A stretch of 62,082 nucleotides of DNA, filler included. It is 7 parts of 7 records of this genome, joined end to end, with 100 filler letters (N's around TTAATTAATTAA, not from the genome) between each part and the next. Parts side by side here need not be neighbours in the genome. Positions count along the whole stretch, not along the records: positions 26,468 to 33,046 come from SRR31147125_1908; positions 33,147 to 39,658 come from SRR31147125_1916; positions 39,759 to 50,763 come from SRR31147125_1927; 4 more parts are not named here. One strand, written 5' to 3'. Below the pieces are notes generated by a model, which searched no databases, was not told the origin of the DNA, and saw only the letters and a program-made list of their open reading frames with translations. Below are positions 30,705-41,219 of this stretch, piece by piece. Each line of letters opens with the position of its first letter. The first letter of the stretch is position 1. Position numbers and translations under genes: made by a program.

Positions 30705-32114
30705 TTGGTGGAATATATGTTTAGAAGATTTCAAAACGTGATAAACACTGTACGGATAATTGTAGATATTGCGATCATGATTGCGGCATTCTTTTTAGCA
30801 TACTATTTGCGGTTCTATACTGATATTTTTGGTGAAGTTGGTGTAATATCATATACGTTTTATAGATATGCGGTTATACTGTACTTAATTATACCAATAA
30901 ATATTATTGGATATAAAGTATGTGGGTTTTATGATTCCTTAAGAACAAAAAAATTTGCGATACAGATTAGAAACACATTTGCTGTTAACTTATTATCTAT
31001 GGCTTGTGTGTTTATTTATCTTTATATTTCGCAAAATGCAAATTATTCTAGATTCATGTTAGCAGGATTCTTTGTTCTATCTTACTGCGCATCTATTGTT
31101 TTTAATTTTATTGCTAAAAAAACCTTATCAAGAATGAGAGTTTTAGATAAAAACCTAAAAAAGGTTGTGGTAGTAGGTGCTGGTAGGCTTGGGAAGGAAT
31201 ACTCATCTAAAATTAATACGCATAAAGAGTATGGTTATAAGATTGCAGCTTTTTTTGATGATAATACGGACCTTATTGGAAAGTTAATAAATGATACTGA
31301 AGTTGTTGGCGACATAGAATCATTGGAGAGTTATCTTGATAAAAACATAATGGATCTTTTGGTTATAGCGATACCTACAAATAATGAAAAAATAATAACA
31401 CAACTGATAAACTTAGCGGAATTACACGGTGTTAAATCTCAGATTATACCTGATTATTATCATATTATGCCAGCTAAACCTTCGTTTGATGAAATAGACG
31501 GTTTGCCGCTTTTGCACACAAGATTTGTGCCGCTTGATAAGTGGATAAATAAGGTGTTGAAAAGGACAGTCGACTTTTTGTCATCTTTAATTGGATTGAT
31601 TGTTTTATCGCCTATTCTTTTGGCTGTGGCTGTTGGTGTAAAAATTACATCACCAGGGCCTGTTGTTTATAAGCAAAAAAGAGTTGGCTATAACCGCAAA
31701 GAATTCGATATGTATAAGTTTAGAAGTATGAAGTATCAAAAAGATGATAAGCCAGGCTGGACGACGGAAAAAGACAGCAGAACAACAAAGTTTGGTGAGT
31801 TTATGAGAGCTAACAATATTGATGAGCTGTTGCAATTAATCAATGTTTTAAAAGGTGATATGACTTTAGTAGGTCCAAGACCAGAGCAGCCTGCTTTTGT
31901 AAAGCAATTTATGTATGAGATTCCTAAATACATGATTAAACACCATGTAAAGCCGGGGATGACCGGCTGGGCACAAGTTAATGGCTGGCGTGGTGATACT
32001 TCTATTGAAGAGCGTATAAAGTGTGATATATACTATATTGAAAATTGGACGCTGCTTTTTGATTTTAAGATAATGCTTATGACGATATATAGTGGAAAGA
32101 AGAACGCGTATTAA
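30705..32114 (+). CDS. Undecaprenyl-phosphate glucose phosphotransferase (WcaJ/CpsE type)
   Basis: N-terminal TMs, VVGAG, KRTVD, YKFRSM, DELLQLINVLKGDMTLVGPRPE, KPGMTGWAQVNG. Confidence 0.95.
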   Translation: MVEYMFRRFQNVINTVRIIVDIAIMIAAFFLAYYLRFYTDIFGEVGVISYTFYRYAVILYLIIPINIIGYKVCGFYDSLRTKKFAIQIRNTFAVNLLSMACVFIYLYISQNANYSRFMLAGFFVLSYCASIVFNFIAKKTLSRMRVLDKNLKKVVVVGAGRLGKEYSSKINTHKEYGYKIAAFFDDNTDLIGKLINDTEVVGDIESLESYLDKNIMDLLVIAIPTNNEKIITQLINLAELHGVKSQIIPDYYHIMPAKPSFDEIDGLPLLHTRFVPLDKWINKVLKRTVDFLSSLIGLIVLSPILLAVAVGVKITSPGPVVYKQKRVGYNRKEFDMYKFRSMKYQKDDKPGWTTEKDSRTTKFGEFMRANNIDELLQLINVLKGDMTLVGPRPEQPAFVKQFMYEIPKYMIKHHVKPGMTGWAQVNGWRGDTSIEERIKCDIYYIENWTLLFDFKIMLMTIYSGKKNAY

Positions 32115-33046
32115 TGGAAAAACGAAGAGTTAGTATTTTGATGGCGACATATAACCCTAATATAGATTGGTTATACAAGCAGCTTGAATCGTTAGAAAAA
32201 CAGACATATAAGAACTTAAAGCTATATCTTTTGGATGATTGTTCCCCTGATGTTGATATACAACAAATTAAAAATGTGCTTTTTGATTGTGTTAAATCAT
32301 TTGAATATGAGGTGTTTGAAAATAAAGAGAATCTTGGAAGCTGCAAAACCTTTGAAAAGCTTACAGATTTAGCTGATGGAGATTATTTTTCGTACTGCGA
32401 TCAAGATGATATATGGGAAAGCGAAAAGATTGAAACAATAATGAAGAGTATGGGCGATGCGAATTTAGCTTATACGGACCTTTGTATAATAGATGGCGAC
32501 GGTAAAAAAACGCATAATAGTTTACGTGATATAAGAAAAAGGCTTGTGCACAGGAGTGGAACTGGGCTTTTTAAGACAATGCTGTTTAGACCTTTTGTAA
32601 CAGGTTGTACTATGATAGCTAAAGCTGATATTGCAAAGCAGAGTATTCCTTTTGTGGATGAGATGATTGGTGACCATCATATTGCCCTTTATGCTGCTAG
32701 CAAAGGCAGGATTGAGTATATTGATATCCCTCTTGTAAGATATCGTCAACATGAATCTAACGTTACGGGTATTATGAAAGGTGTTAATAATAAGATAGAT
32801 TATATAGATGTGCGTATAATGCCTTTAATAAAACAATTTGATAAACTGCTAGAAATTTATCATGAGAATGAATTTGCTAAACATATTAGAAGAGGCAAAA
32901 CCTGGCTTTTAGCTAGAAAGAATTATTTACAGGGTAAGTATTTTTATGGATTAGTAATACTATTTTATTCAAGATATAATTTTAAAACATCACTATTCGA
33001 TTTAGCTATGCCACTTATGTCAAAAAAACTGTTTGATAAAGCTATA
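32114..33046 (+). CDS. GT2 glycosyltransferase (rhamnosyltransferase-like), 3'-truncated
   Basis: VSILMATYN, DDCS, CDQDDIW, VTGCT, YRQH. Confidence 0.92.
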
Positions 33047-33146
33047 NNNNNNNNNNNNNNNNNNNNNNNNNNNNNNNNNNNNNNNNNNNNTTAATTAATT
33101 AANNNNNNNNNNNNNNNNNNNNNNNNNNNNNNNNNNNNNNNNNNNN
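33047..33146. other. Artificial contig linker
   Basis: N44-TTAATTAATTAA-N44. Confidence 0.99.
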
Positions 33147-34279
33147 GCCATATCAGAGTCGCTTCCGCCTGCTGCGTTGATGCCGTCATCCACGACTTCT
33201 ACTGATATTTTTCCGCCTGTTATGTATACGTTTGAGCCCTCTATTCCTTCGTAGTCGCTCACTACATCAATTGTACCGCCTGCAATATTCAAATTGTTGT
33301 CTGCATGCATTCCGTCATCGCCTGCATCCAAAACAGATGTACCATTAGTAATTAAAATATCATAGTTGCAGTGATATGTATCCTGTCCTGCTGTTACATT
33401 GATATCGCCATCATTTATAGTTAATACCGATTCAGCTTGGAAACCGTTGTTCTTGGCTGTAATATTAAAAGTGCCTCCATCAACTGAAATCCAGCCCTTT
33501 GTATCGTCTCCTGCGTTTGTGGCTGTAATGCCGTCGCCTCCAGCATCAACTGTGATGTTGCCATCCAGTATAGCGACTGAGTCCTTGCCTCTAATTCCAT
33601 CATTCACCGCTGTTACATCAATATTTCCGCTTGTAATCGTTAAGCTATCAGAGCATTTAATGCCGTGCTTATAATTGCCTGTAACAGTCAGTGTTCCACT
33701 ACCGTTAATTGTTAAGTCATCATCTGCATATATTGCTGCATCTGGTGCATCGTCTGATGTGTCTTGATAGCTGCTGCCGTCTATTACAGTGTTTGCACTG
33801 TTATCTGCTAATGTTATCGTCACCTTTTCAGCTTGCTTAACATAGATTGCTGTACCATTGCTATTTATAATCTCTGCATTATTAAGCACGATTTGTACTT
33901 CGTCAACACTTGTTGCCTCGATAATTACCTGCCCATTTAAGCTGCCGCTTAAAACGTAAGTACCTGCATTTTTGATGCTGACTACACCATCTTTGTATGA
34001 TGCTCCGCTGCCGTCTATGCTGGTATTATCATCATTAAGTGTAATAACTGCTGCACTATCATTATCATAGCTGCTGTTCAAGTCGCTATCTGAATAGTCT
34101 GCCTGTATACTTGTTATTTCGCTAATAACCTGACCTTGACTTGCATTACTTGTTCCTGTACTATCAGACACTCCAGTGTTGTATTGTGTATCATTTTGCT
34201 CTTGTGCATTAGTGCTGCACCCTACCAAGGCTGATAGAGCCATGATTAAGCAAAGCAAAAATAATATTATCTTTTTCAT
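33147..34279 (-). CDS. Cthe_2159/DUF4353 beta-helix carbohydrate-binding lipoprotein, 3'-truncated
   Basis: Lipobox LVGC; AGTYVLSG, DAAIYADDDLTINGSGTL, repeated DGI/DDGMHA/EGIEG/DDGINA turns. Confidence 0.9.
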
Positions 34280-34294
34280 TATTACATTCCTTTC

Positions 34295-34945
34295 CTACAA
34301 TACTTCGCTTGCTGTAGCAACTCGTCCGCACGTAATATCTAAATTACCATTTCTGCATCGTATTTTGTCGATAAACTCTTTTTCTAACTTATCATCCTTT
34401 AGTGTAATTTCATAAAACAGCTGATATAAGCTTCCTAAATTTGTGGTTCTTACTCTTACTAAGCTGTGCTTTGATGTATACTCATCCAACAAATCGTTAA
34501 ACAATCCTGTATAGTCTAGATTTTCTGGAATAGTTATCTTTAGCTCTTTGTTAAGCATTTTTGGCTCTGCGAACTTCATTTTGTACATTAGTACAGATGC
34601 TAAACCAACAAATGCAGTAAATACTACAGCGAATGCTATGTAGTTCATTCCTGTTGCAAGGCCTACAGCCATTGCAAAGAAAATATATCCTATTTCCTTG
34701 GCAGTACCGGGAATTGACCTAAACCTTACCAAAGAGAATGCACCCATAACTGCAATACCCGTACCTAGGTTGCCGTTTACCAAGCTGATTACCGCCATTA
34801 CTATTGATGGCATCAATACCAAAGTAACCACAAAAGATTTATTATACGAATTTTTGTACATATAACACAGGGATATAATTAACCCTAGTATTATTGAACT
34901 TCCCAGCCCAATCATTGTTGTAACTAAATCGAAATTTTCAAACAT
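34295..34945 (-). CDS. DUF4956 membrane protein
   Basis: VNGNLGTGIAVMGAFSLVRFRS.PG.AKEI, ITIPENLDY, RCRNGNL. Confidence 0.92.
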   Translation of the reverse strand: MFENFDLVTTMIGLGSSIILGLIISLCYMYKNSYNKSFVVTLVLMPSIVMAVISLVNGNLGTGIAVMGAFSLVRFRSIPGTAKEIGYIFFAMAVGLATGMNYIAFAVVFTAFVGLASVLMYKMKFAEPKMLNKELKITIPENLDYTGLFNDLLDEYTSKHSLVRVRTTNLGSLYQLFYEITLKDDKLEKEFIDKIRCRNGNLDITCGRVATASEVL

Positions 34946-34963
34946 CGTTGCTGTCTCCTTCTT

Positions 34964-35662
34964 TTATGCTATTGCTGCTTTTAAATAATTTTTATAGCAA
35001 TATCCGTATTTTGAAAATGATTGAGGATAGATATCCATTTTATTAATCATATGACTTAGCCAGACTGGCATTGCACCCTCTGCCTTTACTTCCATAAGTA
35101 TTTTGTCTTCATCCACAATCGGTGTACCTTCTGTGCCTTCCATTAATGATAAAGAATCCTCTCTGTATCTGATATCCTTATCGAAAGTGATTCTTAAACT
35201 TTCGTCATCTTTACCCTTTAGAGCCTCTCTTTCGCAGGCTATAAAAATCCTGGGATAAGGCTTATACATATTGATGTAGTAGTCGATTTCAAGCAGAATT
35301 TGCTGTGATCTTTTAGGCTTAATGCCTTTGTAAATATAATCTTCAAATTCCTTTATTGTTAAAAGTACTCGCCTTTTGAATACTTCCTTTTTGTATTTTT
35401 TCTTTAGTTCCAGAAATACCATATCACCATCATTAGGTACGCCGTAGCTGCGAACTCTAAGCTTTTCTTTGTACACTGGCTTTTCGATTGAACGCCTGAT
35501 TATTTCATATGAATCTGTATCAAAGTACAAATTGCACACAGAGTACAAGCCGAATTCATCTTCTGTAGTATAGCCTTCAAGCTGCCTTTTAATGTTTTCA
35601 TACTGATCCATATTTAACATATATTTTTTTTCATATCTTTTGAATGTATTTTTTAATTTCAT
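34964..35662 (-). CDS. VTC-domain (polyphosphate polymerase-like, CYTH) protein
   Basis: FKRYEKKY, NLYFDT, YKEKLRVRSYG, FLELKKK, LRITFD, LMEVK, FSKYG; RBS favours ATG 35662. Confidence 0.92.
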   Translation of the reverse strand: MKLKNTFKRYEKKYMLNMDQYENIKRQLEGYTTEDEFGLYSVCNLYFDTDSYEIIRRSIEKPVYKEKLRVRSYGVPNDGDMVFLELKKKYKKEVFKRRVLLTIKEFEDYIYKGIKPKRSQQILLEIDYYINMYKPYPRIFIACEREALKGKDDESLRITFDKDIRYREDSLSLMEGTEGTPIVDEDKILMEVKAEGAMPVWLSHMINKMDIYPQSFSKYGYCYKNYLKAAIA

Positions 35663-35690
35663 AGATTTGCTCCTTTCAATCATTGGTTAA

Positions 35691-35745
35691 AGTATATAAT
35701 CCTCTGCTTAAATCCATCTGAAATACTTTTTCAGGTTAATTTCAG
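35691..35745 (-). promoter_or_regulatory. CiaR-type box plus -10 element driving the VTC operon
   Basis: Minus strand TTTCAG-N5-TTTAAG (35723-35707), 10 nt, then TATACT (35696-35691); opposed repeat TTTCAG-N5-TTTCAG at 35729-35745. Confidence 0.7.
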
Positions 35746-35766
35746 GTTAATTCCATGTAAATTATA

Positions 35767-35964
35767 CTAATCTTGTGTTTTTCTGTTTATAGAAACCATC
35801 ATTATAGATACAATTAAGGATATTATGCAGTAAATAAGCAGTAGTATTTCAAACTCACTTCCCCTTAAAAACCCCATTGTATCGTTTATGTAATTTAGAA
35901 CCATTAAAACAATCATCATAATAGATATAACTATGCTTAAATGTGGCAATACCTTTTTTATCAT
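35767..35964 (-). CDS. Small two-TM hypothetical protein
   Basis: AGGAG RBS, two hydrophobic helices, directly downstream of the NAGPA-like gene. Confidence 0.7.
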   Translation of the reverse strand: MIKKVLPHLSIVISIMMIVLMVLNYINDTMGFLRGSEFEILLLIYCIISLIVSIMMVSINRKTQD

Positions 35965-35973
35965 CTTTTTCTC

Positions 35974-36942
35974 CTAATTAATGTAGACAATGTCGCTGAT
36001 TTCACGTCCGCCGCTTGCAGGCTGGTTTACAACCTCACCCATAAAAACCATCACCGCAGATTTGCCGCCATCCATGTTGTATGCAGCACTGCACCCTAGG
36101 TCATAAAAAATTTGTGAAAACTCTTCTAAAGTTACTCCATCTGAATATCCCCGCTGTCTGCCGTCCACCACAATAAAGCAATAGTGCCCAGGCTCATAGT
36201 AGCCAATACCGCAGCGTGGATTATTATTGAGAACATGTCTGCTGGCATTAAAATTAGTTATTACTTGACCATCATCTAATAACATTGGTCCAAATGACCA
36301 CCCTTGATATGCTCCATTTTCTATTACTAGATCAATATCAAACTCGCTTTCAGAATATGTAGCCATAGTACCGTCAGTGTTCATTACCAGAACATCGCTG
36401 GTCACATCATTTCTATAAAGTACACCATTGCGTATTACAAGACCATCTTCACCGTTACCGTAGTAATCACCTGAAATTGCAACAACAGCGTTATTTTCAA
36501 CTGCCATATCCAATGCAGAGTCTACAAATGCCTTGCCGTATGTATCCTGTGCAAAGGCTGTGAGTAAATCGGTATAATCTTTAATGTATATATCCGCTAC
36601 ATAGTAGGTAACTGAATTTTCCTGTATTTGTTCAATGGATATATTCATATCCTCGCTGATGTAGCTGTTTTCTGTTGTAATAATTTCGCCTGTTGTAAAT
36701 TTATCTTCAAACTTGTTTTCTTGTGCTAAAGTATAATCAGTATTTTGCTGTGCACTTTCATCGTTAGCTTCATCTGTTGTTTCCTCGATTAGAGTCGTGT
36801 TATCCAATATCTGAATTCCTCCATCTAAGCTTTTGGGTATAACATGATGAAACAGCGCAAAAACTATAAGCCCCAGGCCAACTAACAATGTATCGTACAA
36901 TATTACTAGAAAGATAGGTGTTTTTTTTGCTATTTTATTCAA
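35974..36942 (-). CDS. Phosphodiester glycosidase (NAGPA/DUF2233 family)
   Basis: AISGDYY, SFGPML, NPRCGIG, VVDGRQ, AYNMDGGKS; N-terminal TM anchor; TTG start with AAGGAG RBS. Confidence 0.9.
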   Translation of the reverse strand: MNKIAKKTPIFLVILYDTLLVGLGLIVFALFHHVIPKSLDGGIQILDNTTLIEETTDEANDESAQQNTDYTLAQENKFEDKFTTGEIITTENSYISEDMNISIEQIQENSVTYYVADIYIKDYTDLLTAFAQDTYGKAFVDSALDMAVENNAVVAISGDYYGNGEDGLVIRNGVLYRNDVTSDVLVMNTDGTMATYSESEFDIDLVIENGAYQGWSFGPMLLDDGQVITNFNASRHVLNNNPRCGIGYYEPGHYCFIVVDGRQRGYSDGVTLEEFSQIFYDLGCSAAYNMDGGKSAVMVFMGEVVNQPASGGREISDIVYIN

Positions 36943-37116
36943 TCTGCTTACTCCTTTAAGATTTACTTAATTTCATATTAAATTGAAGGGATTGCTGATT
37001 TTTTTACTTGTCCCTGCAAGATACGGCGTATAGTATTTAAAAAGTATACTATATTTATATTTGTTGGCTGCTGGATTAGAATCCTTATCAACTAAATGAA
37101 ATTTTACGCCAAATGT

Positions 37117-37187
37117 AGTATAATAATACTGGCTTAAATTAGTCTGAACTAGCTTTTCAGCCTGTTTTAAGGTTATATGAATATAAT
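37117..37187. promoter_or_regulatory. Divergent promoters, each with a CiaR-type box
   Basis: Minus: GTTCAG-N5-TTTAAG (37149-37133), 10 nt, TATACT. Plus: TTTCAG-N5-TTTAAG (37155-37171), 10 nt, TATAAT (37182-37187). Confidence 0.75.
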
Positions 37188-37219
37188 GTATTCAAATAAT
37201 AGGATTGGGAGATATTTAA

Positions 37220-37903
37220 GTGAACATTTTAATTGTGGAGGATGATTTGCATTTGGCTGAGGCGCTGAAGCAAATTGTGGAGGAGCAAAATTATATAGCA
37301 GATGTAGTCCATGATGGAATGGATGGTTTATATTACGCTGCCAACAATGAATACGATGTAATAATACTTGATGTTATGCTGCCTAAACTTAATGGGTATG
37401 ACGTGATAAAAATGCTTAGAAAGCAAAACGTAGCTACACCTACTTTAATGCTGACAGCAAAAAGCGAGATTATGGACAGAGTGGAAGGTCTGGACAGCGG
37501 TGCAGATGATTACATGACCAAACCATTCGCACCAGAGGAACTACTGGCTAGGCTGCGCGCCCTTTCAAGGCGTCAAGGCGATGTAACACTAGATTCTGTA
37601 GAGTTTGCAAACCTTACACTTAATCTAAACACTTTAAGCCTGTCCTTTAGCGAAAAATCAGTAACATTGAGCAACAAGGAATTTCAAATGATGCAGCTTT
37701 TGATGGTTAACCATTCAAACATAATATCAAAAGAGACAATAATAAATAAAATCTGGGGTGCAGACTCCAATGCCGATGACAACAATGTGGAAGCATACAT
37801 ATCCTTTTTAAGAAAAAAGCTATTTTTCCTAAAGGCGGATACCACTGTAAGTATTGTGACAATCCGTCAGGCAGGCTACAAGCTGGATGAGGTAGATAAA
37901 TGA
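37220..37903 (+). CDS. OmpR-family response regulator (CiaR-like)
   Basis: ILIVEDD, LDVMLP, GADDYMTKPF, NNVEAYISFLRKKL, TIRQAGY. Confidence 0.95.
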   Translation: MNILIVEDDLHLAEALKQIVEEQNYIADVVHDGMDGLYYAANNEYDVIILDVMLPKLNGYDVIKMLRKQNVATPTLMLTAKSEIMDRVEGLDSGADDYMTKPFAPEELLARLRALSRRQGDVTLDSVEFANLTLNLNTLSLSFSEKSVTLSNKEFQMMQLLMVNHSNIISKETIINKIWGADSNADDNNVEAYISFLRKKLFFLKADTTVSIVTIRQAGYKLDEVDK

Positions 37904-39129
37904 TATTAAAAAAGCTGAGAATTAGGTTTATTATTATTAATATGTGCCTTGTCAGTGTTGTGCTTATAGGGATTTTTCTAGCAAATACTATTTCAATAGC
38001 AAAGGAAATAGCATCCACAAGCTACTCTAGCCTAACTGAGGATAGAAAACGTATAGATCTGTTTGTACTAGAAGACAATATTCGCAGAAAAGACCCTCGG
38101 CAAAGCTCCTTTCCAATAGATATAATTTGGTTGCGAGTTTCAGATGAAAGTATAAATGTATTAGATGAAAGCACCACAACCTCATACACAGACGAGTATA
38201 TCCAAGAGATTATAGATGAAGCAATTGAAACAGGAAATAGTAAAGGGCTACTAAAAAATTATGATCTAAGATTTCAAATATTCCAAGCTCCAAACAATGA
38301 CATACTGATTGGATTTATCGACATAAGCTATGAGCATGCTTTTATTTATGATCAGGTAACCAACTATCTGTTTATAGGGTTAGGAAGCCTTGCAGTATTT
38401 TTTATAATAAGCTTTTTCCTATCTAAGGTTGTAATAAGCCCTGTTGATAAGGCGTTTAAACAACAGCAGCAATTTGTAAGCGATGCATCCCACGAGCTTA
38501 AAACTCCGATAACTGTTATCCTGGCTAATACTTCAATAATCCAGAATAAAAAGGATGATAGAAATACTTACAAGTGGGTAAATTACATAGACAAAGAAGC
38601 AAATAGAATGAAAAAATTGGTGGAAGATTTGTTGTTCCTGGCTAGGCTAGATGAATCAGACAAGATAATGTTAGACACTAAATTTAACCTAAGTGATGCT
38701 TTGTATGAATGTATTCTGCCATTTGAACCAGTTGCATTTGAAAGCGGAGTTTCCATTGAAAACACTATAGCAGGTGATGTATTTATAAAGGGTAATATGC
38801 ACCAGATAAAGCGCCTGATACTAATACTTTTGGATAATGCATGCAAATACAGCCCTACTGGCTGTAAAATATCTATTAACTTGAAGACTGCTAATAACAA
38901 GGCATTGCTAAGTGTGCATAACTACGGTGCACCCATACCAGATAATGAACTGCCGAATATATTTGACAGGTTCTACAGGGTGGATAAGGCTCGCCAGCGA
39001 AACAGCAATTCATACGGGCTAGGTCTTTCTATGGCAAAAAAAATTGTTGATGCTCATAAAGGCGAAATAAGTGCAGTAAGCAGTGAAAAAGCTGGAACTA
39101 CCTTTACTATTGTACTGCCTGCAATATGA
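37900..39129 (+). CDS. Sensor histidine kinase
   Basis: Two TMs, FVSDASHELKTP, ILLDNACKY, FDRFYRVD, GLGLSMA. Confidence 0.95.
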   Translation: MILKKLRIRFIIINMCLVSVVLIGIFLANTISIAKEIASTSYSSLTEDRKRIDLFVLEDNIRRKDPRQSSFPIDIIWLRVSDESINVLDESTTTSYTDEYIQEIIDEAIETGNSKGLLKNYDLRFQIFQAPNNDILIGFIDISYEHAFIYDQVTNYLFIGLGSLAVFFIISFFLSKVVISPVDKAFKQQQQFVSDASHELKTPITVILANTSIIQNKKDDRNTYKWVNYIDKEANRMKKLVEDLLFLARLDESDKIMLDTKFNLSDALYECILPFEPVAFESGVSIENTIAGDVFIKGNMHQIKRLILILLDNACKYSPTGCKISINLKTANNKALLSVHNYGAPIPDNELPNIFDRFYRVDKARQRNSNSYGLGLSMAKKIVDAHKGEISAVSSEKAGTTFTIVLPAI

Positions 39130-39142
39130 TATTGATAAACAG

Positions 39143-39161
39143 AGGGGCTGTTTCAGCCCCT
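39143..39161. terminator. Hairpin between convergent genes
   Basis: AGGGGCTG-TTT-CAGCCCCT; weak U-tracts. Confidence 0.55.
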
Positions 39162-39174
39162 TAGGTGTTTCAGA

Positions 39175-39658
39175 TTAAATTTTGACTTCTTCAAAAACTC
39201 GGCAGATTGCATCTACTGCATAATCCATCTGCTCCTTTGTATGTGTTGCTGAATAGCTGGTGCGCAGCAAACATTGACCTTTTGGTACTGCTGGTTCAAG
39301 AACAGGGTTAACATACACACCCTCTTCTAACATACGCTTTGTAATAATCAATGTACGAGTTTGATCGTATGTCATAATAGGTATGATTGCCGTTTCACCA
39401 TCAATTATTGGTATACTATTTTCTTTAAGCTTGTCTCTCATATACTGGCTAATAGCAAGTAGATTATCTACCCGTTCAGGTTCACTTTTGATTATTCTTA
39501 AAGCTTCCAGTGCTGCTGCTGCATTTGCAGGGGGTACAGATGCACTAAATATAAATGGTCTTGATTTATGTTTTACATAATGGATGATTCTTTCGCTTGC
39601 AGCTACACATCCTCCTAGTGATCCCATTGACTTTGAAAAAGTAGTCATTATTATATCT
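39175..39658 (-). CDS. Alpha-oxoamine synthase (SPT/BioF/Kbl family), 3' fragment
   Basis: TTFSKS (PLP Lys), SRPFIFSASVPP, GVYVNPV..PAVP, LRTSYSATHT. Confidence 0.88.
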
Positions 39659-39758
39659 NNNNNNNNNNNNNNNNNNNNNNNNNNNNNNNNNNNNNNNNNN
39701 NNTTAATTAATTAANNNNNNNNNNNNNNNNNNNNNNNNNNNNNNNNNNNNNNNNNNNN
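39659..39758. other. Artificial contig linker
   Basis: N44-TTAATTAATTAA-N44. Confidence 0.99.
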
Positions 39759-40123
39759 TTTTTGCGCTTTATATTTTTTTATTATTTTTGACATTTTCAT
39801 CCACTCCTATAATTTAACTTTGAATAGAAAACAAAACAGAAATTTTCTAAAAGAACTTAAACTAAAAACATCTTCATATCAAGATATTAATATTATACTA
39901 CATATATATCTCGATATCAAGATAAATTTTAATTTATTTTTACTAAACAAGGATTAAAAAAAGATAGAGAGTTTTGTTTGTAAATAGTACTTTAAATTGA
40001 CTATTTTGTTGCCTTGATGATATAATTTTAAGAAATAAACGTGTGAGAGTTCCCAAACAATAAAATTTAAAAGAATGCAAATAATAAAATAAGAGGTAAT
40101 AACCTACAGAGGAGAGAGCAAAA

Positions 40124-40530
40124 ATGAAGATAGAAAAAAAGAATATGACTCAAAATTTAGCAATGTAAAATATTTAACAGATGACAATATCGTATTACTT
40201 ACCTGGAAGAAATTTTGTTGTTATGATGATTACAGAAATCCAACATTATTTGCTTTAAAACTACTTGAGCAAAACTCAAATAGTAATCTAGTTATAGATG
40301 CTAGAAATGGATTTGAAGATGAAAAGGAAGATGTCGAATGGGGATTTTCAGTTTTACTTCCCGAAATGTCTAATACAGATTGTAAATACGTTATTTTCAT
40401 TATGAATGAGGTTAACGAAATAGAAGAAGAGATGGACATGTGGACTAAGGAGTTTATGAAGTACTTTCAAGTAAAGAGACTCACTTCTTATGAGGATGCT
40501 GTAAAGTTTTTAAATACGATGGAAAGCTAA
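40124..40530 (+). CDS. Hypothetical protein (possibly STAS/SpoIIAA-like), frameshift at A7 40134-40140; absent from ORF track
   Basis: AGGAG RBS and ATG 40124; after the A7 run an open frame EYDSKFSNVKY...LTWKKF...IDARNGFEDEKEDVEWG...ES* runs to TAA 40530. Confidence 0.7.
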
Positions 40531-40581
40531 AATAAGATATCTGTAAAGTTATAAAAATAAAAAAAATGAGGTTAAAGCAAA

Positions 40582-41049
40582 ATGATAACTATAAAACAAA
40601 TACAAGATAATTCACTTAAATCTCAAATTACCGAGAAAGTGTTGAGAGCGTTACCAGAGTGGTTTGGAATAGAGGAGTCTACAGTAGAATATATAGAAAA
40701 TGTTAAAAATAAGATTTTCTTTGCCGCATATGATAAAAATTCCTACATTGGTTTCCTATGTTTAGAGTTCCATAATGATTATACAGCAGATATTTACGTT
40801 ACGGGAATTCTCAAGGAGTATCATCGTATGGGAATTGGGCTGAGGCTAATCTCAACTGCGGAAAGATATCTACAGGAAAACAATTATAAATTTCTTATGG
40901 TTAAAACACTTGGAGAGTCATCCGATTACGAATATTATAAAAGAACCAGGGAATTTTATAAGGCTGCGGGATTCTATCCATTGGAAGAATTTGAACAAAT
41001 ATGGGGTAAGAATAACCCATGTTTAATAATGATTAAAGTAATCAATTGA
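40582..41049 (+). CDS. GNAT N-acetyltransferase
   Basis: LPEWFG, YHRMGIG..L, VKTL, FYKAAGF. Confidence 0.92.
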   Translation: MITIKQIQDNSLKSQITEKVLRALPEWFGIEESTVEYIENVKNKIFFAAYDKNSYIGFLCLEFHNDYTADIYVTGILKEYHRMGIGLRLISTAERYLQENNYKFLMVKTLGESSDYEYYKRTREFYKAAGFYPLEEFEQIWGKNNPCLIMIKVIN

Positions 41050-41115
41050 GCATAAAGATCATGTTGAATTTTTAGTTTTTACTATTATGAAATTTCAATA
41101 ATAAAATATATAGCT

Positions 41116-41146
41116 AAAGAGCGCCTTGAAAGAGCGCTCTTTTTTT
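41116..41146. terminator. Rho-independent terminator between convergent genes
   Basis: AAAGAGCGC...GCGCTCTTT followed by a T-tract. Confidence 0.75.
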
Positions 41147-41219
41147 GATTATTTATAAGTATTTCACTGTTAACGTTCATATTAAAAGATATTTAAGAAA
41201 CAGTATAAAACTTTTTCGT

